Assembly: GCA_051294905.1 (NCBI GenBank)
Contig: CM119371.1
Span: 15,254,001 to 15,318,000 of the forward strand
Source of the DNA: Botryllus schlosseri
Taxonomy: Eukaryota
Length of the DNA stretch: 64,000 bases
Direction of reading: 5' to 3'
The position numbers and the translations under genes are program-made. Below are positions 52,546 through 64,000 of this stretch, piece by piece. Numbering within the stretch: position 1 is the stretch's first letter; each line of letters begins with the position of its first letter. Under the pieces are notes generated by a model. The model did no database searches and was not told the DNA's origin. It saw nothing but the letters and a program-made list of their open reading frames with translations.

Positions 52546-54803
52546 TGTTGGTGACCCTTGCCGTCGCTGCGGACGAAATGCCGAATTCCCGGGGTTGTTA
52601 GGAGTCACAAGGTTCCGAGTCCAAGTCAATCAATTTTAATAGTTTTGACTCGAGTTAAGTCGAGTCGTTTTCAATTCACCACCGAAGCAAGTCCGAGTCC
52701 AAGTCATTGTGTTGACTGCTCAGTTTCCGGTTATAAAGTCTTGTCAAACCGACTTTTTATAACTGTTTGGTGATATCGAATGGTTCGCCTTTATAATATA
52801 CTAATTTTTCTCACCTTTAGCAGTTCCTGGTCGCATTTTCAAGTAACAGAGTACCAATAGACGTAATCCCAACAGTGTGGTTACTTTACTATTCTCCGAA
52901 ATTCCAATGAGATGTTGGTATTGGCCTTCTGAGTCTAGTGTCATTTGACTTGGTTCGAGTCCTGGTCAATGAGTCGAGTTGAGGAAATGACTTGAGTCAA
53001 GTCGAGTCATCAGAAAATCGTGACTCGAGTCATTGCCCAGGTAACACGGCCACTTGGGCACAACAAGGGACCAACGTGGGTCGATAGCAGGTGACCGCGA
53101 GGGAAACCACCTGGTAACCACAAAATTGTGGCGGCTATATCAGTCGGTATTAGGTGGGGTACCACGTGGGTGCCCCACGACGCCGGATAGGTGCCACAGC
53201 CCGCCGCCGCAATCCACCACTAGCCCTGTCTCCCACTTCTGTACTATCTCATCCACCAATATCATACCCCGAAACCTAATACAACAACATCTATTCACAC
53301 AGTCATCGGGCAAATCAGTATATTGCAAAATTTATACATGCAGAGAAACTGTACAGTTGGCGATAGTGAGTAGTAACAAATACACATACACAAAGATGAT
53401 TGTGTCACGGCAGAACATTAAACCCTTGTCTTTGTGGTGTTGCACGTTTGGTTGAAAAATTTGAGTGATCCACACAAGTAATTCGAGGTAGTAATTTGAG
53501 GCAGCGATGAAAAAATTATCAAAATTGGCAAGACTTGAAAAAGAAGCAATTACCGCAATCTAGCAAAAGAATACTAAAAGACATGGCAAGAATATGTACA
53601 AAGGCAGTGTCACATGAAGCAAGGTAATGCATGATAAAGAAATTGGAAAACCATGTGCAAAAGGCATCACATACAGCAAGGAATAGAATAATAAAAAACA
53701 TGGCAAGGATATGAACAGAAATCATTATTATATGAAGCAGTGATCAATTGAAATCGGTTACCGTAGTCACTCAATATGCAGGTCAAACTTGATTCGTCAA
53801 ATCATGACATTAATTAAAATCGGAAGAGGCAGCAGGTACGAGATCAGTTTTGGAATGTGAAGAGTTTGCAATGGGTATTGGGCAATTCCTCTTTACCCTC
53901 AACAGTGCAAAGATGTTCATTATCAATTTGTGTTCTAGGCCTAGGGAATTTCTGGGTGCGAATAATTTTGAATGCAACACACACATTCCCAAATTTTTCA
54001 ACTTAACACGTGGACCATTCTAATGGAAGGATAATGTCGTTCTATGCAAGGCAGATATTAAAACTAACAAGACGAGCCAACTTCAAATTCCCCGATTCAA
54101 CATAACGATAGACGTATGTTATTAGTTTCACAACAGATACGCAGAATTTCTCTGTGCAAATAAATAAGCATCAACATCGGCTACAGAAAACCATCCAATA
54201 TATTCAATGTAACATTCGTACATCGTACATTTGGGAGGTTTCCATCAAGATATGACTCGGCAAGGAAATTACACGACTGCACTCACCTACTCTTTCAGAA
54301 TTCTTCAATAGGTTTTGCCTACTTGCACCACTTACTCAAGCAACTATGTGTAGACTACTCCCAACTTCTACTTGAACACTGTGAACAGTTTACGAAAAAC
54401 TGACAACTTATTCTTTACAATTAGGATTTTGAAAGGTGGCTAGTAGTTTCAGGATAAGTTTGTTTAAACAACAGCACGAAAAAGCCTCTTTATCTATAGT
54501 GGACGCATAAATTAGTCATTTTGAATTAGCCTACAGAGATACATATTTCGAAATTAGCCTCCCCGATTAACTGCTAGATTATGGAATCCATTGAAAAAAG
54601 TCTACTCTCTGATACTACTCAATTCATTTTGTACTTCCACCTGAAATAGTTTTTACATGTCTTGGAAATTGCTCCTTCCACTTCAAATTTGGTAATGCAT
54701 AACTCCCACTTGAGCACCTCCGGCAATATTTCAATGTCTTGGTATATCCTGGCACAGAAACGTCCAGAGTGCAATAGCCACACAGCCGAGGTAGCTTGGA
54801 TTA

Positions 54804-57800
54804 TCATACAATCGGAACACTATTTGCGTGCTCACAGTTAAATGAAACGATTGATATTATGAATACGCCGCGCTTTTCTGGTTGAAGGTAACCCCAATGC
54901 TTCAGATTGTGGCACTCTTGACTCCTCTTTTGTCCGTACCTTGAACCGCCGGCACGATCTCTGGAGTTCTGAAGCCATTTTCGAATGGAGCTTTCAACGT
55001 CCTTTTCGGTGCATTCTTTTGTGGCCAAGTTCATCTTGACTGCAGCTGTTCAAGATAAATCAGTCCATAACTGAATAAAATACTTCAAATTCTATCGAGC
55101 AACATACCAAAAACACTATTAAAAATTACTGTATCTTTCAGACAGATTTTGTCATCCTTTCTTCCGAAGACACTGCAGCAATTTGCAAATTCATTTTTCA
55201 TTAGTCTTGGCATTGTCCGCCTTATGAATTCGTCAGTAGTATTTCCACCAACACCGATAAGAGCCTTCACCTATAAGAAAGTGCAGATTAGTACGCGCCT
55301 GCACCTTAATTGGCAGGGGTATTTTTTACAATTTGTTCAAATACTCCAGAATCACTTTTTACAAGCTGATCCATCTGTTTGAGTTCCTCGCCATCTTTAA
55401 TTGGAAACGCAGCAGGGAGTTCTGTAGGCAGAGACACTTTGAAGTGTGGCAGAATCAAGTCCATGTTTCTTTCTGTTTTGTAAACACTCTTTGACATTTG
55501 CTTGATGTCTTGTTGAACGTTAAGGACTTTATGGCCCATGGTTTTCAATGTAGCTTTCAATGTAGCTTGCAATCTAGCATCCATGGCTCGCAATGCAACA
55601 TCCATGCTGGCTTGCAATTGAGCTGATATGCCTGTAAGATAAAAATGATAATTTTTATTTTTTATATACTGCGGAAATAAAAATCATACACACCGCGACT
55701 GTGATTTGGAGTGGATTAGACGGAGGTTGCTATATCCTCACCAATGTCAATTTCACTGTCATCGAGAGATTTATCTGGTTCGCCATCCAAGCAGTCGGGC
55801 ACGTCCTCCCCAGCGTCTATTTCATCGTCGTCGAGAGAGTGGAGCGATCGATTGCTTTGTCCGTCTATGCTGGTAGGCTTTTTGACTGAGAAACCTAAAA
55901 TACAGCAAGACTGTAGAAAAAATGAACTATAATTAGATCGTCACCAATTTCGACCGATTCCAAATTCATATTTTTCCCATGGTGCCAATATATCTGTCCT
56001 AAAATACTTAACTTCATACTAATTTACGAATCTAATTTTGAAAATACTGTCTAGCAATAACTATAATATCCTTCAAGTAAAATAGTTGTCGGCACCGGCG
56101 ACATTCACAAAATAGATGACCGCCCTCACCAGCTTCTATTTCATCGTCGTCGAGAGAGTGGAGCGATTGATTGCTTTGTCCGTCTATGCTGGTAGGCTTT
56201 TTGACTGAGAAACCTAAAATACAGCAAGACTGTAGAAAAAATGAACTATAATTAGATCGTCACCAATTTCGACCGATTCCAAATTCATATTTTTCCCATG
56301 GTGCCAATATATCTGTCCTAAAATACTTTACTTCATACTAATTTACGAATCAAATTTTGAAAATACTGTCTAGCAATAACTATAATATCCTTCAAGTAAA
56401 ATAGTTGTCGGCACCGGCGACATTCACAAAATAGATGAGCGAAAAATGACTTTGTGCGACAATTTTGTAGTACGAATGTATCAAGTAGATAACAAGAAAT
56501 ATGGATGATGGCAAATGAGAAAGCATGTAATCTAATTAATCAGTATCACCACGAATCGGTTTTGAGTGTGACACCATATTGAGTAGCTTTCGTCGCGACA
56601 ATTGTTTTCTCATTATGTCGGTGTTTAAGCTGTATTGCTGCATTTTCGGATTAATGTCACTGGCAAAGCCTTGTTAGAGAAACGAATCAGCGCAGAAATG
56701 AATTCCAATTTACAGGCGTACACCAACACACCCTCCAATTTCGCGCTCCGATTACCTATCATGAAGCTAGCTAGCTCATGAATGGTTTTTTTAAAACGAA
56801 TATGGGTGCATATAATTTAGATTTCAGAAAAGCAGAACGTATATTTGGGCGCCTGGTCGGCAGAGGAGATCTAGGATGGTGCTTCTCAGCACCAGACATG
56901 GGGTGATTACTTCATGAATGTAATTGATTGCGATTACGATTACTTCTGAATGTCGCGATTACGATTACGATACCAGCAAAATCAGGAAGTAGTCGATCAC
57001 GATTACATTGGAAAAGTAATCACGATTACTCACGATTACATTTATTTTGCTTTTTATTTTGCTTCTTAGAACGAACCTTGGATGATATATTGGAACATAA
57101 TATAAGCATTGCGATGAAGAGGCCTAATGAGATAACAACTTTCTTTACTAATGATGCGTCATTTGCTTGTTACGTCAGAATGTACTAATTGCCCAACTTT
57201 ATAGGGGACGATTTATCGAAACCAGCGAGAGATAGGGGCCAAATCATGCTAGGCCCGATAGTTAGGCCATAGGCCAGCAATGATATCTTTCACTCCAGGT
57301 CTATTGCAGATGCTATTGTCTAGGCCAGCGATGATATCGTGCACACCAGGCCGAAGCCGCTAATGCACTATTCAGATACGATTGCGCAGTTAAGCGATAA
57401 TATAGCGTAAACTGGGCCTATGGCAGATGCGATTGTTGAAGCCTGCTGAACCAGGCTTGATCGAGACGCGATAAATCAGGCTAGCGACGATTGCCACGCG
57501 CACGAGAATGAATGACCCCATTTCGCGACCATCTCAGCGGAAGATCATCACAGATTCTTCTCGCTAATTGACAACACGTTTCTCGCAAATCCGGCGCGCG
57601 GAACACTGATCACACTTTTATTGAATTGCAACTGAATTATAGAGTTAGAAAGATCATTTCAACATGACGTGGTTTCGCTTTTCAAATAGGAAAGTACGAC
57701 CCCCGAAACCCCCGTGCCTGGCACACGCGCGTATCGAAATCGAAGACGTCTCTAACGAGGACGCATCGATTCGCCTTATTACTAATTACTGGTCACAAAT

Positions 57801-58299
57801 CACTTGGGCGTTTGAGCATTTTGTACGAGGTGGCCGCCACCTCGTAAATATGGTCACGAGGTGGCTGCGCCACCTCGTAAGTCGGCGCCGATGGTTGCAA
57901 GCATTGCCTTCCGATTCAATTAACAAAAGATTTACTTACATCCGTTCAGCAGGCAGTCCATCACACGATTCTGAAATCTCTGGATCTGTCTGGTGCAGCG
58001 ACCGATCCCTTTTCTTTTCCGCTTCTTCAAACGAAGCTAGAAAATATACAAAAAACGTAAAGATTAGCCTACTCGAAACTTGAAAACAACATACTAGCTT
58101 CGGCTATAATTTTGATCGCGTATGATGGCCAGGTCTCTTTAGGATCCGTAAAATTTTTCAGCAGGTTGTTAACTCTGCTTGACAATTTTGCGGGCGGCCA
58201 GAAGCACCTCTTTTTTCCCACAACCCATGTCTCTGGTACGAAAGCTGCTGAGTTATCGTAATTAATAAATTCAACAACAAAATATAGTCGTTGTGTCAT
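54804..58299 (-). CDS. Spliced DUF4806-like (BEN-like C-terminal domain) accessory gene of the EnSpm-like element, possibly interrupted
   Basis: Exons 58095-58299 (MTQRLYFVVEF..FVPETWV..CFWPP..PKETWPSYAIKI), 57940-58036, [unresolved], 56130-56213, 55742-55894, 55330-55631 (coiled-coil, FPIKD.EEL), 55108-55270 (LIGVGGNT..IRRTMPRLM..FGRKDDK), 54804-55045 (VESSIRKWLQNSRDRAGG); three 58-62-nt introns. Phase mismatch between 57940 and 56213. Family recognised by motif, not by search. Confidence 0.75.
55812..56438. repeat. 319-bp near-identical tandem duplication inside the DUF4806-like gene
   Basis: ~55812-56119 repeated at ~56131-56438 with few substitutions. Confidence 0.95.
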
Positions 58300-60687
58300 T
58301 ATGATTATGGACCTGTTAATGATAACACGAAGTATGAAGTCAGGATCAATACAATATCGGCCTACATATTGTCCCACACAAAACGGAGGAGAATCTTGAC
58401 ACCAAGCTTGCAAAAACATGATATCAAAATAATCGTTTTTAAAATCTGCACCTCACACTGTCACTGTGGATGTGGGTTGCGCATTTTTTTGCACATGCAA
58501 GTTATAAGATGATAAAGTCATCAAGTTCAAAGCTTTCAAAACAAATCATATTTTAATAATTGGCGTGATCAGATGTAAATGTCTGCGCGGTTTCACACTG
58601 GTGTCATTGTGGTATTTGAGTGCTTACATTGCTATGCAATAATCCAAATAATTGATCAGCCGATCTCTACTTATTTCATTACTCACGAGCTCGTGGAAGT
58701 TACAATGATAACAGCGAGACAATTCGCCCACCGCCATCGGTGGCATACAACGAATGCTGTGCAATGTACAAAAAATAAGCGGCAAAACGCATTGCTGCTG
58801 AAAAGCAAAACAAAACTGTGGCGCTTGCGCATTTTAGATGGACGCGCCTAGCGTATTAATTCAACTATGACATTTAAAAAATAGATAATACACCCTAATT
58901 GTGCATCGTGAATCCGAAATTATCTAGTTGGGCGTGACGCAAAGATCCGATCGGTGATCGGACTAGGCCTACTTTGCAAATTGTAATATTACGTGTAGAG
59001 CAACCCGCTTCTATTGCGGGTAGGGCTGTTCAACAGCCGCAATGGCGCGCTACAGTATTACCTACTACAGATAAATCTACACACAAATCTGTTTTTGAGG
59101 CCAGAGACGAGGGGTGCCTAATATCCGTACGTTCCTGATGACTACACTAATTGCCACTTAATATCCCTTTGACAAACTCAATCTTCATCATCCAAACGAA
59201 CGATTGATATAATTATCCATACGCATCATCTGAGCTGACATATCTCGCCGCACTGCAATAGTTGTCTTACGCAGACAGTCCACACTCGTGAAGCCGCCAT
59301 TATTGATTTCAACACACGCCACTCGACTCGCCAAGAATCGCGGCGGTGTCTCTCACATGAGAACTCGCGAGCTTGCATATGATTGGCTTACTTGTCACGA
59401 CTGAGTGATCCCTGGAGCGACTAGAAGAAGTTTTCTTTCATTGGGAGTCTGGGACTTATTCACAAACATACTCGCAACTGTAAAACATCGCAATTGTGTG
59501 AACAATTCGAGTCGCTCCCGGCGTGCGTTTTAGTTCACTTATGTGTCGCATACGGTAAATTTATCTACTATTCAATTCATATAGAGAAAGGATAATGGTC
59601 TCCTGGAGTTTATTATTAAAAAATCTCATCATTTCAAATCACCACAAAACTGCGATACAGTGAAAAGATAGGAAGGTGTCTTTGTGACGGAGTCCAAGTC
59701 GCAATGTTCCACCGACTATCATTGCGAAATAATAAATCCAAGTGTGCCTTACAACGGACGAAAAAATCCTGCTGTGGGAAAAATATAGCTATCGACGGAA
59801 AACTTGTGGGTCCAATGTGGGAACGGTGTGAGATATCGACACATCTTCATTGACGAAAATCACAGGCATAAATTATTTATTCACATATATTTATTGCGTA
59901 AAAGACTTCATGAGTTAAAATTAGTAGATATAAACGAGTTCATTTAGTGACGGGATCTATGTGGGCTTAGTGTGGTATTTCCGGGCCTATCATTGACTCT
60001 AAATTCCTCTTGGGCTCGATGTGGGTACCATGTTATGAAACCATTTAATTTTATCACCCCATCAAACCACCTAAATACCACGTGGGCACCAAGTGTGCGT
60101 GTTACCTGGGTGGAACCCTGTGCTAAGCTCTCTGTTCAATGGTGGTATCGAATGTATACCATTTATAATATACTAATTATCCTTACGTTTAGATGTTTCT
60201 GGTCGCATTTTCAAGTAACAGTACCAATAGACCAAATCACAAGAGTGCGTCGAATTTACAATGAAATGTCGGTCTTGCTGTCTGAGTCTTGAGTCATGCG
60301 CATTTCCGAATTATGAGATAATGAGTCGAGTCATCAGAAAATCGTGACTCGAGTCGAGTGATTACAGCCCTGATTTTCAATTTGTCAAGTAGAAGTATTA
60401 TATTAGAGACTAGAGAGAGAGACTGAAGAATTTCACAAAAATTCAGTACGGCACACTGCATGGTGTGGCTAATATCTTTTTACAAAAGTATATGTGAATA
60501 TATTTTAGGTAGCGGGTTATGCCTGGTTCCGTTCACAGTTTTCACACCACATTGTCGCCAATGATATGGCATGCTTCATTACAGTAAACATATTTGTTAT
60601 TAGCGTATACTAATCGAGCAAAGTATTTACACCGTATCTGACAAAAGCTCTCCTGATTGCTCTTCGTCTAGACCAGTGGTTCTCAAC

Positions 60688-60873
60688 CAGGGCCGTAACA
60701 GCACTTCGTCAGCCCCCCCGAAACTTTGGTCGTGGGCCCCCCCATAGGGTTATAGACCGAACTTCTGGGGGGCTTGGCCCCCAGACCCCCCTCCGGTGAT
60801 ACCCTGTTTACCACTGTTTATGATATGCGTTGGGAGTTTGTTTAGTGCTTGGGGTGCGGTAGTTACGGTGCTG
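60688..60873. mobile_element. hAT MITE inserted into the TIR of another hAT MITE
   Basis: cagggccgtaac...gttacggtgctg with TSD ttctcaac/ttctcaat inside cagtggttctcaa. Confidence 0.8.
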
Positions 60874-61574
60874 TTCTCAATCTATTTTCTCCTCGCGGAC
60901 CGGTAATATATCAGGTGTGGCCAACCTTTTTTCCATTCACGCGGCCGCACTTCGGCTACTCATGTATAGCCTATACGGCCGCATTCTAACTGGACGCCAA
61001 ATGCCCATATTATAGGGTCTATGTTCATTTCTGGTGAACTCCGGACTAATATATCTAGTCATGTAGGTTTGCTATACGCACCGAAATCGCGAGTGGTCAC
61101 TGGTCACGTTCTGGGTCTGGACAATGTCGCGCGAAAATTTTTACGGATTTACTAATGAATTTGTGATTAATATATTAGTAGTTTTCCATATTACTATCAA
61201 ACATTTATCCTTTCTCAGCCCATTTATGTGATTAGATTCACCGGTATAGTTGATGGAGGCACTGGCGTAGCAGCCACTTGGCGGTTCTGGCTCTGCGCCA
61301 GGGGCGGCAGGCTCCAAGGGGGCGGCAAAATGAGTCTGCACAGTGCACACAGCCGGCTAAAAGCAGCGTAATTGGTAGTCATGTAGCTGGCGTTCCATGA
61401 CCTAAAATTTAATCAAACTGATCTCAATCGAAATCTAGTGTCGCGCTGAATCCGAAAACACGAATTAATATGTTAACATGGCAATGGAACCACTCCGGGA
61501 AAGCCGTCAAGGCCGATTGTTCCTAACAATCGGAGCGCTGCAATGCAATGACCAATTGATCATGATAACGTCAA

Positions 61575-61979
61575 ATGCTGAAGCGAGTGATAGATACGCG
61601 ATGGAGCGCACATCACGCCGCTGTAAAGGCCCTTCGTGCAAGTTTTGATGAAGCTTTGGATGCTCTTGAGGAACTAGGTAATCCCAACGAAAATCTTACT
61701 ACACGAGGTGACTCTAACACTATTCTGGAAGCGATTCAGAACGCACGATGCATGTTTCAAGCTTTGGACAGATTTAAACCTGAAGCTGAAACTAGGTTTA
61801 CCGGCATACACCACTTAAATGATATGTTTGGATTTTTGAATACCCACGCGCTGCTGCGAAGCGAAAGTCGCAATTTTTCCACCAGCGCTTTTAAAAGCAC
61901 TTATCACGACGAGGTGGACTTTTTGAAGTTAGCTGCGGAAATTGACAGATTTAGGAGGCTGCGTGGTGCGGAGCAGTGA
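61575..61979 (+). pseudogene. Internally deleted hAT transposase fragment (ZMYM1/Tip100-like)
   Basis: LKRVIDTRWSAHHAAVKAL...ALDALEEL...RF..I..L...FGFL...Y.DEVD...LAAEI follows the central-to-C-terminal motifs of this hAT group, with an apparent internal gap. Confidence 0.8.
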
Positions 61980-64000
61980 AATCAAGTTTGATCGTAGTGC
62001 AACAGCGTTTGATGTTTCACAGTGGCCGGGCCCAGTTAATGCAAAGCTACTTGACTCGACACTAGGGATGGTGTGAACGTGAGGTTCACGTTCGCGTTCT
62101 GTGTGTGAACCTCGGAAATTCAGAGGTTCGCGTTCACAACAGAACCTTGGTAGGTTCTGCACTGTGAACCTTTTTCATATACTACAATTTTCACTTCATT
62201 ACAACATCGTTGGTTCAAATTTATTGCATTTCAACTGCAGGCCACTCTATATGCATGGCGCTATAGGCATAAAAAAATCATCACTAAACGAGAATGTACC
62301 TTGACAATCTCAAAAGTTTTACTTGCTTTGTTGCACAAGTTTGCTCGAAATATCCAACTTTCCGTTTGTAAATATTTATTGACTCTCTGCTGCGAGCTTG
62401 ACCCACAATCACAAAACATCACGATCGGCATAAGCTATACGTAGGCCTAGTCAGCGAATGATGCTTATTCCACTAATCAGTCTAGCAGGCGTATGGGGTC
62501 AATCTTTACTTCATATGTTTACTGGATCATTAAAACCAAATCGGTGCGATTGAGGCGTTGGCTACGGCTGTATAACTTGTTAACGGGGTAATATCGAGAG
62601 CAAGTATAGAAACCCGTTTCACACTCTGCTCAATATCAATGTAGCAATACTCAGACGCCGAATATATTTTCCGAACTGTCATACGAAAAAGGTGACTCGA
62701 GTCTGACTTGAGTTAAGTCATGACTCGACTCATCCCAACCCTGCTACAAGGCTATAATCTGCATCTTCCTTGCCTGACGGCATATGCACATCATGTAGCC
62801 TATATACTCATGGTATGGTATGCATATACGCAGATCGTGTGTATGTATATCATGAGTCGATGTATATGCCGCAAGAACATCAAAGACAAAAATGAACTAC
62901 GTCCCTTCCTTCCCTTATATTCCCTGGTATATAAGTCCTCGTCAAAATTGTTGGCAAAGCGACGGAAGATATTGATTTTATGAGATTATTATATCATTTG
63001 ATTGCCCCAGTTGATACATTTGGCGGCGTTTAAAACGTCAATATGTATTTCAGCTTTGTGACGTAATGCTGCCCGAATCGTCGCTAGGTATCGTGTACAT
63101 CAGTGGTTCTTAACCTTTTTTCGTCCAGCGTCCCCTTTCAAAAATTATTATGCCCCAGCGCCCCCCCCCAACTTCATATTTTAAGGAATGTAATAAAGAC
63201 AATGAGTAAGAGGGAGGGCCGTAACAGCCCTTCGTCAACCCCCCTAAAAACGATTGCCTTGCACACCCATAGCGTGATAAACCGAACTTCTGAGGGCTTC
63301 GCCCCCACGAACCCCATATCGTGATTTTGATGGTCGGCAAAGTTTGTGTGGCCTGGTCGCCCTAGGTACCAAAATTTTCTATAATACATAAATGAATAGG
63401 TGGTAATTACATATATAAGTCGCTATAAACTTTTTATCCTCTCAGCCCACGTAATCAGATTTACCAGTAGCACTGAGTGAGCTGTTGTATAGGAAAATAA
63501 AGGGCACGTAATTAATAATTAAACATATTTGGGCGTGCCCGCAGGTACAATTATTCGTTACCAGGGCCGTAACAGAACTTCGGCAGCCCTCCCCCCAAAC
63601 AAAAAACGTTGGTCCTGGGCCCCCATCGGGTGATAAACCAAACTACCGGGGGACTTCACTCCGCTATTTGCTGATAGCCTATTAGGTATCTACATTGGGT
63701 GTCCATTACCTGAGGCAGCTATTCTCGCCTAGTCGCGCGAAGTGCAAAAAATTTCACTAATTAATGATTGAAATGGTCAATATCATCGGGAATTGCATGT
63801 AAATTGAGATCAATTGTTATCCTTTCTCTGCTCACGTAAACACATTTACCGGTAGAGCTGAGTGAGGTGCAATGTTCCCTCTAAGCTGCGCACGTGCGCA
63901 GTGCTGACACGGTCTCTGCGCACAGAAAATCTACGTTGCGCACAACAAATCCGGAGTTATTACCTTTTTTTAGTCGTTACGCACTGTTGTCCAAGGGTCA

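Larger units (their letters stand above)
53036..60110. mobile_element. Non-autonomous CMC/EnSpm-like DNA transposon, 7.1 kb
   Basis: TIR cccaggtaacacg..cacttgg at both ends, flanked by tg (2-bp TSD); GTGGG subterminal motifs; CCC termini with 2-bp TSD fit animal EnSpm-type elements; no transposase ORF seen. Confidence 0.8.

Noticed and set aside
53300..54800. EnSpm transposase gene (also sought in 58500-60000)
   Set aside because: No long ORF or recognisable transposase motifs found by eye.

Overview
Eukaryotic, invertebrate-like DNA (GT-AG introns, many hAT/Tc1/PIF-type MITEs, tRNA-derived SINEs, LINE 3' ends); the organism cannot be identified from sequence alone. 1-27.5 kb is a tandem array of six related 4-5.5 kb units on the minus strand, which the ORF track sees only as fragments. 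Hand-splicing gives 28 GT-AG exons (types E1-E6) that join into one stop-free frame of about 3.2 kb (~1070 codons), open at both ends. It would encode a low-complexity S/P/K/T/R-rich repeat protein with an expandable K-S-T-P-K minisatellite exon. Every indel, exon loss and unit fusion in these exons keeps the frame, including two chimeric exons built partly from the antisense strand of a decayed hAT transposase. An alternative model of separate, tightly packed genes is also possible. 28-53 kb is mostly nested TE debris. 53036-60110 is a non-autonomous CMC/EnSpm-like element carrying a spliced DUF4806-like gene. All gene models are predictions without transcript evidence.
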